Assembly (NCBI GenBank): GCA_018819325.1
Contig: JAHJQJ010000021.1
Span: forward strand, 1-34,614
Origin: Patescibacteria group bacterium
GTDB taxonomy: Bacteria > Patescibacteriota > Microgenomatia > UBA1400 > MFAQ01
Direction: 5' to 3'
DNA length: 34,614 nucleotides
In this document: piece after piece, positions 1-8,591 of the stretch
Layout of the letters: every line of letters starts with the position of its first letter
Position numbering within the stretch: position 1 is the first letter of the stretch
The notes under the pieces: model-generated
Told to the model about the DNA's origin: nothing
Databases searched by the model: none
The model's input: only the letters and a program-made list of their open reading frames with translations
Program-made: the position numbers and the translations under genes

Positions 1-2
1 GA

Positions 3-302
3 GTAATTGGTATCCCAGGGGACACCGTTATGGTTAAAGGAGGGTATGTTTATGTAGATGGAGAATTGCTTGATGAATCATATTTACCCAGTGATTATAG
101 AACCTCTGCGGGGCAGTTTTTACAAGAAGGAGTGGGGTACGTTGTTCAAGAATCGTCTGTCATGGCTTTTGGGGATAATCGCAATCATTCTTCAGATAGT
201 AGAGAATGGGGGCCTGTGCCTTACGAAAACATTGTGGGTAGGGCGTTTTTTAGATATTGGCCTTCTGATAGTGTTGGGGTGGTTACGAATCCGAACCTTT
301 AG
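3..302 (+). CDS. lepB: Signal peptidase I, C-terminal part (5' end outside window)
   Basis: Frame is open from base 3 (VIGIPGDTVMVKGG..). Box D-like VIGIPGD and box E GDNRNHSSDSREWG...IVGRA...YWP are present. Confidence 0.93.
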   Translation, partial: VIGIPGDTVMVKGGYVYVDGELLDESYLPSDYRTSAGQFLQEGVGYVVQESSVMAFGDNRNHSSDSREWGPVPYENIVGRAFFRYWPSDSVGVVTNPNL

Positions 303-1279
303 TAATCGGTGGGATTAAATGGTTCAAAGGGGTTGGAGTATTCGGGGGGTTTTGCTGGTTTGGTGACGGATCCCACCTCGGAGGAGACCTCCGCTTCGCT
401 CCGGCCACCATCCGAGGAGGTATCCTCCGCCGAAAGTTCCGAACCTTCTTTGGTCTCTCCGTTGGAGAGGGATTTGTAGATTTTTTCTAGCTGGCCTTCT
501 GTTTCTTCTGGTGTACCTTTTAAGACGATTTGAATAGCTGTTTCTATCCTAGATCTACGCATTTTAACGCTGGTGTTTTTACCCAAAGATGACTGCAGGC
601 TACTGGCCATTTCGGCGATCAGCTCGTTTATTATTTTGGCCTTAGAGGAGTCTTGAAGCTCGTTTGGTTTTGCTAACTTATTCTTAAATATTCTAGCCAG
701 TGCTTCTGCTCTTCTTACAGAACCACCCTCCTTTAAAATCATTTTGTAGGCTTCTATCATTGGCTGGGTTTCTGGAATAGCGGCCAGGGCTCTGGCGTGA
801 CCTTCTGATATTACACCTGAAATTAAACCGTCTTTTAAGGCGTCTGGTAAGTCCAGTAGTCTTAGGGAGTTGCTTACAAAAGCAGGGCTTTTGGAGATAC
901 GGGCGGCGATTTCTGAGTTTGAAAGATGAAACTCGCTAATTAAACGGTCAAAAGACTTACCTCTGTCAATTGGATTTAGATCTGTTCTTTGAACGTTTTC
1001 AACAATGGCCATTTCTAACATGCCCTGAGGTGTAGTCTCTACGATGTTTACCGGTATCTCTACTAGACCAGCTAGTTTAGCGGCTCGCCACCTTCTTTCA
1101 CCGGCGATGATTTGGTAGCCAGCTGGAGTATGAGCTATGGTTAAAGGTTGGAGTACGCCGTGTTTTTTTATGGAGTCTACTAGCTCGGACAAAGAATCTG
1201 GGGTGATTACACCGCGCGGTTGTAAAGGATTTGGTTGAAGATTGTTTATGGGTAAGTGGGTTATGTCCTTGTCTGTCAT
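299..1279 (-). CDS. parB: ParB/Spo0J chromosome partitioning protein with a repeat-derived acidic tail
   Basis: PNPLQPR, SIKKHGVLQP, IIAGERRWRAA, ENVQRTDLNPI and a helix-turn-helix region. Confidence 0.95.
   Translation of the reverse strand: MTDKDITHLPINNLQPNPLQPRGVITPDSLSELVDSIKKHGVLQPLTIAHTPAGYQIIAGERRWRAAKLAGLVEIPVNIVETTPQGMLEMAIVENVQRTDLNPIDRGKSFDRLISEFHLSNSEIAARISKSPAFVSNSLRLLDLPDALKDGLISGVISEGHARALAAIPETQPMIEAYKMILKEGGSVRRAEALARIFKNKLAKPNELQDSSKAKIINELIAEMASSLQSSLGKNTSVKMRRSRIETAIQIVLKGTPEETEGQLEKIYKSLSNGETKEGSELSAEDTSSDGGRSEAEVSSEVGSVTKPAKPPEYSNPFEPFNPTDY
379..448. repeat. Palindromic element inside the parB 3' end
   Basis: 14-bp inverted repeat 379-392/416-429 with 1 mismatch. The 22-mer at 427-448 is identical to ftsZ 7308-7329. 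Confidence 0.8.
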
Positions 1280-1536
1280 TGTTTAACAATTACGTCAACA
1301 TAATTTCTTCCGTGATGTTTTTTAAACTTGACTAAACCGTCTTGCATGGCGAACAGGGTGAAGTCCTTAGCTAAACGAGTGTTTTTACCAGCATGGAATT
1401 GGGCCCCTCGCTGACGAGCAATTATTTGGCCTGTTTTTACTGCTTGTCCACCAAAAAGTTTGACGCCCAGACTTTTACCCCTTCGTTTCTTTTGTGAGTG
1501 TTGTGTGGTTGCTCCACCTGATTTAACGTGTGACAT
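1276..1536 (-). CDS. rpmA: 50S ribosomal protein L27
   Basis: LGVKLFGGQAVKTGQIIARQRG...DFTLFA..DGLVKF. Confidence 0.96.
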   Translation of the reverse strand: MSHVKSGGATTQHSQKKRRGKSLGVKLFGGQAVKTGQIIARQRGAQFHAGKNTRLAKDFTLFAMQDGLVKFKKHHGRNYVDVIVKQ

Positions 1537-1548
1537 ATTTTTTTAAAA

Positions 1549-2460
1549 TTATTTTTTCTTAAGAACTACTATTTCTCGTTTTAATTTAGAGTTGGGACGA
1601 GAGTAAATTAATCCTCTAGTTTTTATATTGTAACCTACTAAGGATTTATCGTCAATCACTTCGCTTAGTTGGTAAGTTTTTTTACCGTCTGAATAAATTG
1701 GGAAAACCATGCAAACCGTGCCGCCCACATCGAGAACTTTTAGCCAATTTTTAAGGGAACCAAGATATAGTTTGTGTAAGCCCTTAGTAACAAATTTTAT
1801 CTGGTCAGGTCTTAAATTGGGTTTGCCCATGAAGGGTTCGGTGACTATGTAGTTAACCTGGGTATCAATGTTTTTGGAAATTTGAGTGGCGTCAAAATTA
1901 TGAAGTTTAAAATTTTTTACACCCAACCAGCTTAGGTTTTTTCTGGTTCCTTCTAGTTGTTTGGTGTCAATGTCTGTACCCAAAAGAGACAGACCTAATA
2001 CACCGGCTTCCATTAGTATGTTGCCAGAGCCACAAAATGGATCTAATAAGACTCTGTCATTCCCGCGCAGGCGGGAATCTATATCAATGGATCCCGGCTC
2101 AAGGCCGGGATGACGATGATTTTGTTGGGTCTTGGTGTAGTTTTTGCCCAAGGCAAGGTTGACCATGATGCGGGCAATTTTAGGGGGCAACATGCCTTTT
2201 CTGCCGTCTGCAAAGGGTTTTAAGCGGTCCCTTTTGTACCACTCTTTGGCTTGATGGCGCCAAACAAGTTTATCGTTGGACTTACCTCTTATTTCTACTA
2301 AACCACCTAAGCGGTGGGCCACGGTGTTAAGGTCAGAAAAATTGTCTAGTTCAACCAAATATTTACGAGGGGATATTTTGGTAATGACTTTGCCCAAAAC
2401 TGTTTCTAGCTCTAGCTTGGCCAGGTCTTCGTTGAAGCCCAGGTGAAAAACGAAGTCCAT
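1549..2460 (-). CDS. SAM-dependent RNA methyltransferase (Trm11/TrmG10-like), with an in-frame repeat insertion
   Basis: LPPKIARIMVNLA, motif I LLDPFCGSGNILMEA, GTDID, and motif IV-like IVTEPFMG. Confidence 0.8.
   Translation of the reverse strand: MDFVFHLGFNEDLAKLELETVLGKVITKISPRKYLVELDNFSDLNTVAHRLGGLVEIRGKSNDKLVWRHQAKEWYKRDRLKPFADGRKGMLPPKIARIMVNLALGKNYTKTQQNHRHPGLEPGSIDIDSRLRGNDRVLLDPFCGSGNILMEAGVLGLSLLGTDIDTKQLEGTRKNLSWLGVKNFKLHNFDATQISKNIDTQVNYIVTEPFMGKPNLRPDQIKFVTKGLHKLYLGSLKNWLKVLDVGGTVCMVFPIYSDGKKTYQLSEVIDDKSLVGYNIKTRGLIYSRPNSKLKREIVVLKKK
2056..2114. repeat. Inverted pair of GTCAT-tagged palindromes inside the methyltransferase CDS
   Basis: GTCATTCCCGCGCAGGCGGGAATCT (identical to 3033-3057) followed by GGATCCCGGCTCAAGGCCGGGATGAC (near-identical to 2953-2979). 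Confidence 0.92.
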
Positions 2461-2465
2461 TTTAT

Positions 2466-2795
2466 TTAAATTTTTATGCTTTTGACCTTTAGGTGTGTTT
2501 CTAGTTGTCTGTGGCCTTTTACTCTTCTGTATCGAGACTTGGCCTTGAACTTGGCCACTCTGATCTTGAGACCTTTTTTGGTTTCAAGGTGTTCTAGTCT
2601 GACCACCGCACCCTTGACAAAGGGTTGGCCTATTTTGGTTTTTTCACCATCGTGGGTTAGGAGAACATTTGGTGTAATTATCTCCTTATCCTTAAGATTA
2701 AGGTTATTTACCACTAAAATGTCACCCTCTTTGACTAGAAACTGCCTTGGGGTTATTTCTATTACTGCGATTGATTCTGGTTTTTTAGTTGCCAT
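2466..2795 (-). CDS. rplU: 50S ribosomal protein L21
   Basis: QFLVKEGD, IGQPFVKGAVV, KFKAKSRYRRVKGHRQ. Confidence 0.96.
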   Translation of the reverse strand: MATKKPESIAVIEITPRQFLVKEGDILVVNNLNLKDKEIITPNVLLTHDGEKTKIGQPFVKGAVVRLEHLETKKGLKIRVAKFKAKSRYRRVKGHRQLETHLKVKSIKI

Positions 2796-2803
2796 GATGC
2801 TTG

Positions 2804-2812
2804 ATTATATCA
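2804..2812 (-). promoter_or_regulatory. Extended -10 (TGaTATAAT) 8 nt upstream of the rplU ATG
   Basis: Minus strand reads TGATATAATcaagcatcATG. Confidence 0.6.
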
Positions 2813-2830
2813 TTTTTTTTAGGCACCTCT

Positions 2831-3124
2831 TGTCATCCTGAGCGGAGCGTAAGCGGAGTCGAATGGATCTCTCGCGAATGCGAGTCTCAAACAAGTTGAG
2901 AGATTCTTCTCCCGATTCTACGAATCGAGGATCAGAATGACACGAGGAGGATGGATCCCGGCTCGGAGGCCGGGATGACGAAGAGGGTGCGGGCTGACAG
3001 GGACGGTCCTTGTCATTTCAACCTTCCAGCACGTCATTCCCGCGCAGGCGGGAATCTATTCAAATGGATCCCGCACTAAATGCGGGATGACGGGGGGGTA
3101 GGCACGACCCGCGGGGTCGTGCCT
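2831..3124. repeat. Mosaic cluster of REP-like palindromes
   Basis: Five GTCATYC..GRATC / GATYC..GRATGAC units, TGACAGGGACGGTCCTTGTCA (2995-3015), and GTAG-tagged palindrome GTAGGCACGACCCGCGGGGTCGTGCCT (3098-3124). Confidence 0.9.
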
Positions 3125-3155
3125 GGGGGTTGTGCCTAAAATTGATATAGTTGAG

Positions 3156-4193
3156 TTAGGTGGAGTCGGTGAGGTTGAGCTGGAGGCCGAGGATGGCGAG
3201 GGAACTGATAAGTGAGCTGCCACCGTAGGAGAATAGAGGCAGAGTTATGCCAGTCACTGGTGCCAGCCCCAAGTTCATGCCAATATTTATGAAACTCTGA
3301 AATACGAACAGGGTAAAAATGGCAATTTGGGTTAGATATAGTCCCCGATCCTTAAGCTTGGAAGCGGTATCTAGCATAACGTGAAGTAGCAAGAAAAAAC
3401 TAGCTAAGACCAAAAGGCTACCCAAAAGACCAAATTCTTCTACAAAAGAGGCAAAGATAAAGTCCGTGTGTCTTTCTGGCAAAAAGTTCAAGTGGGACTG
3501 AGTACCCAAACTTACCCCTTTACCCATAAACCTACCCGAGCCAACGGCAATAGTAGACTGGATTACGTTGTATCCCCCACTGGCCGTGTCTGCGTATGGA
3601 TTAATAAAACTTTCTACTCTCTTTAACTGATACGGCTTGGCAAGTTTAAGGCCAAGAGGAGTTAGTACGGCCAATAACAAAAATAAGACCAAAAGGTTTT
3701 TAAGTTTAAAGTAACTTGCAATGTACAAAACCAGCGGAATAACAAATAGTGCAAGGGCTGACCCCAGATCCGGCTGTTTCACCACCAGGATAAAAGGTAT
3801 CAGAGAAAGAAGACCAAAGAATAAAAGATTTTTAGGTTTAAGATTTTTTTTACTTAAGAAATTAGCATAAAACAAAATTAAAAGTGGTTTGATAATTTCA
3901 GAGGTTTGCGGTGAGAAAAGACCCAAATTTAACCAGCGAGTTGAACCCCTAACGTTTTCACCGAACAATAAAGTAATCAACAACAGTAGAACCGATATGA
4001 TATATAGAGGTGTTGATAAACTTAAAACCAATCGCAGGTCAAGCTTTGAAAAATAGTACATGATGATTAATCCGGTAATCAAAAAAGCAAGCTGATAAAA
4101 AAACAGATTGGGGACGGTGCTCCAGATAGTGAGCAAACTAAAAATAAGAATTATACCTATGGATATAAAAATCTTAAAACGAGAGTTTGACAT
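3156..4193 (-). CDS. rodA: SEDS family peptidoglycan polymerase RodA
   Basis: GSTRWL, QTSEIIK, KQPDLGSA, GYNVIQSTIAVGSG, FLPERHTDFIFA, GITLPLFSYGGSS. Confidence 0.9.
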   Translation of the reverse strand: MSNSRFKIFISIGIILIFSLLTIWSTVPNLFFYQLAFLITGLIIMYYFSKLDLRLVLSLSTPLYIISVLLLLITLLFGENVRGSTRWLNLGLFSPQTSEIIKPLLILFYANFLSKKNLKPKNLLFFGLLSLIPFILVVKQPDLGSALALFVIPLVLYIASYFKLKNLLVLFLLLAVLTPLGLKLAKPYQLKRVESFINPYADTASGGYNVIQSTIAVGSGRFMGKGVSLGTQSHLNFLPERHTDFIFASFVEEFGLLGSLLVLASFFLLLHVMLDTASKLKDRGLYLTQIAIFTLFVFQSFINIGMNLGLAPVTGITLPLFSYGGSSLISSLAILGLQLNLTDST

Positions 4194-7071
4194 GTTTGCC
4201 TTTGGTGATGGTTTTAACTAGAGTTTTTTGCTTAATCTGTGCCTCATATTTCTTGGGCCAATCTGGCAAGGTAATGTTTACCACTTGGTCTAGTTTGCAA
4301 TTGGCTTCCTTTCGGGCTTGTTGAATTAACCTAATTGTTTCTCTGGCTTGACGTTTCTTGATAAGATCTGGGGTGAGCGTTGTGTCAAGCTCTACAGAAA
4401 ATTGATTATCTTGTTTAAAAATTACTTTTTCTATGTTTAACTCCTCTTTAATTAATTGAAGTAGAGCTTTACTGTCTTCTAGGGCGAGTGAGTCATTTAT
4501 TTTTATGGTTAAACTGCTTAGGGGTTGTTTAACGGCTAGTTGATGAACTTTTCTTTGAGCATGGCCTTGTTCACAAATTTTTCTGATTAAAATCATTTGG
4601 TCTAGAAGTTTTTTATTTATATTTTTTATTACTGGTTTGCTGGGCCAATCGGCAAGATTAACTGATTCTTGACCAGTAAGATTGGTATAAATTGAGTCAG
4701 CCAAAAATGGAGTGTAAGGCATTAAAAGACGGGATAGTGTTTCCAAGACCGTAAAGAACGTTTGATAACAAGTATTTTTATCTGCTTGGTTTTGAGCATT
4801 TGGACCAACTCTGTCTCTACTGCGACGGATATACCAAGTAGAAAAATCAGTAACAAATTCTTCTATGGCCTTAGCCCCGGAAAAAGCGTTGAACTTATCA
4901 AGATTTGCGGTTGTTTTAAGTACTACTTGATCCAGACGAGTTAGTATCCACTGATCTAGAACAGTTGGGTTATTTATATATTCTTCTTTTGGTTGCCAGT
5001 TTTCTAAGGCGGCGTAGTTTACAAAGAAACGATATGAGTTCCAAAGAAACATATGGAATTGCCGTTTTGTTTGGTTGGCTTCTTTTTCGCCGAAACAAAT
5101 TTCACGAGCTGGATTTTGTAGAGCACAGTACCAACGAATTACGTCTGCCGAAAAACGATTGGCCCCGTCTATAAATTCAATGGAGTTACCAGCACTTTTG
5201 TGAAAGGTCTTGCCGTGACTGTCTAACATATTTGCGTGCCCCAAAACATTTTTGAAAGATGGTTTATTTTCAAGCACGGCGCTGGTGGCAATTAGAGAAT
5301 AAAACCAGTTTTTGAACTGACCAGGGAATGATTCTGTAATAAAATCTGCTGGGAACCATTTTTTAAAGTATTGAGGGTCTTGGGTATAGTTGAGAGTTGA
5401 GAAAGGAACGATACCGGCGTCTAACCAAGGGTTGCCAACTGGTTCTACCCTAAAAGCCAACTTGCCACATTTGGTGCACTTGATTTTAATTTTATCGATG
5501 TGTGGTTTATGGGGAGTGTGGCCTTTAAATTGATCCCAGCCTTTAACCGCTTTTGTTTCCAGTTCTTCTTTTCCACCTATTACTTCAAAGTTGCCACATT
5601 CGCATTCCCAGATTGGTAGGCAAAGACCCCAGTAGCGATTTTTCTTGGATATTAACCAGTCGTGCATGTTGGTTAACCAATCTAGTTCTCTTTTTAAACC
5701 AAATTTAGGAATCCAGTTTATTTTCTTGGTAACTGCTTGCATGCGCTGGCGAAGACTTGGTTCGCCCCTATCCATAGCTATGTACCACTCGTCGGTGACT
5801 TTCCAAACGAGCTCTGTTTTACAACGCCAACAAACGGGGTATCTGTGTTTAAAGGGAGAGATTTTAAATACCCAGTTTAAACCCTTTTTATCTTGCTCCT
5901 TCAAGTAGTTCAAAATTATTTCTGGATGTTTTTTGGCATTTTGACCGGTTAGAAATCCAAGGTCTTCTAAATAGCTGGCGTCATCTGCTATTATGGGCAC
6001 CATGGGCAGATTGTATTTTTTACCCAACTTAAAGTCTTCGGTGCCGGCAGAAACTGCGGTGTGAACCAAACCTGTACCGTCTGTCATGGTTATGGGCATA
6101 ATTAGGGGGTCGGTGGCGATTACTGTGTGAAAAGTAGCCTTATTTGCATTTGCTACTTTTTTGACTGCTGGTAAGGAATCAAAAGGTGCTTGGTACTGTA
6201 GACCTACCAAGTCCTTACCCAAAACAGTTCTTACGACCTTGTCTTTATTGTCAAAGATTTTGTCTTTTAAGTCCTTGGCTATCCAGTAACGATTTTTTTC
6301 TTTTTGAACCAAGATATATTTTATTTTGGGATCAATGGCCACCGCGATGTTGGCGGGAATGGTCCAAGGAGTAGTGGTCCAAATAAGCAGAAATTCATTA
6401 TCATGATCTACCAGAGGTAAACTTAAGTAAATTGAGTCATGGATAACTTCTTTGTAGTCTTCTGTTAACATTTCGTGCTGACTGATAGCTGTTTGACAGC
6501 GTGGGCACCAAGGGACGGAGTCGTTGCCTTTGTACAACCAGCCGTTTTTATGGCAAATTTTAAGAAAGTTCCAGATCATGTAGTTGTTGGCGTCTGACAT
6601 GGTGTAGTAAGAGTTATCCCAGTCCATTAAGTAACCCAGGCGTTTGCTTTGTTCTGTTTGAATTTTGGCGTATTTTATGACCCTGTCTTTACATTTTTGA
6701 ACAAACTTTTCTACCCCGTAATCTTCTATGTCTTTTTTGGTTTTAAATTTTAAGTCTTTTTCTACCTCTACTTCCACCCAGAGACCTTGGCAATCAAAAC
6801 CGTTTTGGAAGCGTTGTTTGTAACCCTGCATATTTTTGTAGCGCTGCCACAGATCTTTGTAGGTACGCCCCCAGGCATGATGAACCCCCATGGGGTTGTT
6901 GGCGGTAATTGGTCCGTCTATAAAGGAAAAGGTTTTGGTTTTATTGTTGTTTTTGTTTAAGTATTTTTCTGTTATTCCATTTTTGTACCATTTATCTAGC
7001 AATTCATTTTCTTGCTTAACGAAGTCTGGTCTTGAATCTACCGGTTTTATACTGTGTTGTTTACTGGCCAT
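4174..7071 (-). CDS. ileS: Isoleucine--tRNA ligase (type 2-like) with non-canonical GVHH and TFHKS signatures
   Basis: FIDGPITAN, GFDCQGL, IWTTTPWT, GTGLVH and DWLISK..RYWG. Start placed at ATG 7071 (MASKQ), just after TGtTATAAT, because the upstream ORF extension is repeat-derived. Confidence 0.95.
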   Translation of the reverse strand: MASKQHSIKPVDSRPDFVKQENELLDKWYKNGITEKYLNKNNNKTKTFSFIDGPITANNPMGVHHAWGRTYKDLWQRYKNMQGYKQRFQNGFDCQGLWVEVEVEKDLKFKTKKDIEDYGVEKFVQKCKDRVIKYAKIQTEQSKRLGYLMDWDNSYYTMSDANNYMIWNFLKICHKNGWLYKGNDSVPWCPRCQTAISQHEMLTEDYKEVIHDSIYLSLPLVDHDNEFLLIWTTTPWTIPANIAVAIDPKIKYILVQKEKNRYWIAKDLKDKIFDNKDKVVRTVLGKDLVGLQYQAPFDSLPAVKKVANANKATFHTVIATDPLIMPITMTDGTGLVHTAVSAGTEDFKLGKKYNLPMVPIIADDASYLEDLGFLTGQNAKKHPEIILNYLKEQDKKGLNWVFKISPFKHRYPVCWRCKTELVWKVTDEWYIAMDRGEPSLRQRMQAVTKKINWIPKFGLKRELDWLTNMHDWLISKKNRYWGLCLPIWECECGNFEVIGGKEELETKAVKGWDQFKGHTPHKPHIDKIKIKCTKCGKLAFRVEPVGNPWLDAGIVPFSTLNYTQDPQYFKKWFPADFITESFPGQFKNWFYSLIATSAVLENKPSFKNVLGHANMLDSHGKTFHKSAGNSIEFIDGANRFSADVIRWYCALQNPAREICFGEKEANQTKRQFHMFLWNSYRFFVNYAALENWQPKEEYINNPTVLDQWILTRLDQVVLKTTANLDKFNAFSGAKAIEEFVTDFSTWYIRRSRDRVGPNAQNQADKNTCYQTFFTVLETLSRLLMPYTPFLADSIYTNLTGQESVNLADWPSKPVIKNINKKLLDQMILIRKICEQGHAQRKVHQLAVKQPLSSLTIKINDSLALEDSKALLQLIKEELNIEKVIFKQDNQFSVELDTTLTPDLIKKRQARETIRLIQQARKEANCKLDQVVNITLPDWPKKYEAQIKQKTLVKTITKGKHVKLSF

Positions 7072-7109
7072 TGGTAAATTATAACAAACAAGAATGGCTA
7101 AATCATACC

Positions 7110-7173
7110 TGTCATTCTGGTAAGTGAGTCTTCGAACGCATCCAGAATCGATTCTGGGCAAGCCAGAATGACG
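7110..7173. repeat. Inverted pair of GTCAT-tagged palindromes
   Basis: GTCATTCTGGTAAGTGAGTCTTCGAACGCATCCAGAATC (recurs at 8421 with 1 mismatch) followed by GATTCTGGGCAAGCCAGAATGAC. Confidence 0.88.
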
Positions 7174-7179
7174 AATGGG

Positions 7180-8355
7180 TTATTTATTGCGAAGGAAGGC
7201 GGGGATGTCTAGGTCGTCTTCTATGGTTACCTCGTCGTGTTCGATTTCCATTTTTTTACCTGCAGATCTCACAGAAGGTTCGGAACTATCCTTCGCTGTG
7301 CTGCGGACCGCCGAAAGTTCCGAACCTTCCGCTCCCGCCGGGGAGAGATCCTTTGGAGGGTGATTAATCTGACCCATTATGTTTTGGAGTCTTTTTCTAG
7401 ATTGATCGAAACCGGTGGCAATGACAGAAATTTTAATGCTGTCTTTCATTTCTTTATTAATAGTGGCCCCAAAAATGATGTTGGCGTCTGGATCGGCGGC
7501 GTTGGTTATTAAATTGGCGGCTTTGTTGACCTCACCCATGGTTAAGTCTTTACTACCCGTAATATTGAAAAGAATTCCTCTGGCGCCTTCTATGTTTACC
7601 TCTAGTAAGGGTGAATTTATGGCTGCTTCGGCGGCTTTTTGAGCTCGGTGTTCACCAGAGGCGGTGCCAATACCCATTAGAGCGGTGCCGGCGTTGGTCA
7701 TGATGGCTTTTACATCGGCAAAGTCAACGTTTATTAAACCTGGAATAGTGATTAGATCCGAGATACTTTGAACACCTTGGGCCAAAACAGAGTCGGCCAC
7801 AATGAAGGCTTCGGTAAGTGGTAAGTCTTTGTTGGTAACTTCTAGTAGTTTTTCATTGGGAATAACAATAAGCGTGTCGACCGAGTTTTTTAGCTGATCT
7901 ACCCCTTCTTCGGCGTTGATCATACGTCTGGCACCTTCAAAAGGGAATGGTTTGGTAACCACGGCAACTGTTAGGGCTCCTACATCTTTAGCGATCTTGG
8001 CTATTACCGGAGCTGCACCCGTACCTGTTCCCCCACCCTCTCCGCAGGTAATAAAGACCATGTCTGTGCCGGTAAGTAAATTTTTGATTTTTTCGCTTGA
8101 TTCTTCGGCGGCGGCTTGACCCATGTCTGGATTGGAACCTGACCCCAAACCTTTGGTTAGTTTTTCACCAATTTGCAGTTTAATGTCTGCATTGCTTGCT
8201 AATAGGGCCTGCATGTCTGTGTTTATGGCAATGAACTCCACACCTTTTATTTCACCGTCGGTGACCATGTAGTTAACGGCGTTGTTTCCGCCTCCGCCAA
8301 CACCCACGACCTTGATTTTTGCAAAAGAATTGATGTCTGGTCTAACTAATGCCAT
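7180..8355 (-). CDS. ftsZ: Cell division protein FtsZ
   Basis: [29 protein letters not shown] and C-terminal LDIPAFLR. Confidence 0.98.
   Translation of the reverse strand: MALVRPDINSFAKIKVVGVGGGGNNAVNYMVTDGEIKGVEFIAINTDMQALLASNADIKLQIGEKLTKGLGSGSNPDMGQAAAEESSEKIKNLLTGTDMVFITCGEGGGTGTGAAPVIAKIAKDVGALTVAVVTKPFPFEGARRMINAEEGVDQLKNSVDTLIVIPNEKLLEVTNKDLPLTEAFIVADSVLAQGVQSISDLITIPGLINVDFADVKAIMTNAGTALMGIGTASGEHRAQKAAEAAINSPLLEVNIEGARGILFNITGSKDLTMGEVNKAANLITNAADPDANIIFGATINKEMKDSIKISVIATGFDQSRKRLQNIMGQINHPPKDLSPAGAEGSELSAVRSTAKDSSEPSVRSAGKKMEIEHDEVTIEDDLDIPAFLRNK
7265..7350. repeat. Palindromic element in the FtsZ linker
   Basis: Perfect 14-bp inverted repeat GAAGGTTCGGAACT (7274-7287) / AGTTCCGAACCTTC (7316-7329), with outer GATCTC/GAGATC. 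Confidence 0.85.
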
Positions 8356-8396
8356 GAGTGGATGTTACAAGATGTGTAAACAAAAGACAACTGCCT

Positions 8397-8587
8397 GGAA
8401 GTATCGCATACTTCCTATTCGTCATTCTGGTAAGTGAGTCTTCGAACGCATCCGGAATCTGTTCGGTTCGATTCTGGAGTCCTCGCAGACTCGTCCCCAG
8501 AATGACGGAGAGGAAAGGATTCGGCATCAGAATGCCTAGATTCTTCACTATCGTTCAGAATGACTATTGCACTTCGGAAGTGCAATA
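8397..8587. repeat. Mosaic palindrome cluster between ftsA and ftsZ
   Basis: GGAAGTATCGCATACTTCC (also at 19551), GTCAT-tagged units at 8421, 8470 and 8538, and hairpin TATTGCACTTCGGAAGTGCAATA (8565-8587). Confidence 0.9.
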
Positions 8588-8591
8588 TACT

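Noticed and set aside
2831-3124. Repeat clusters as CRISPR arrays
   Set aside because: Units alternate in orientation, vary in interior and length, and lack regular spacers. No cas genes are in the window.
7072-7161. 30-aa N-terminal extension of IleRS in the ORF track
   Set aside because: It is translation of a repeat and the promoter region. A -10 element sits 6 nt before ATG 7071.
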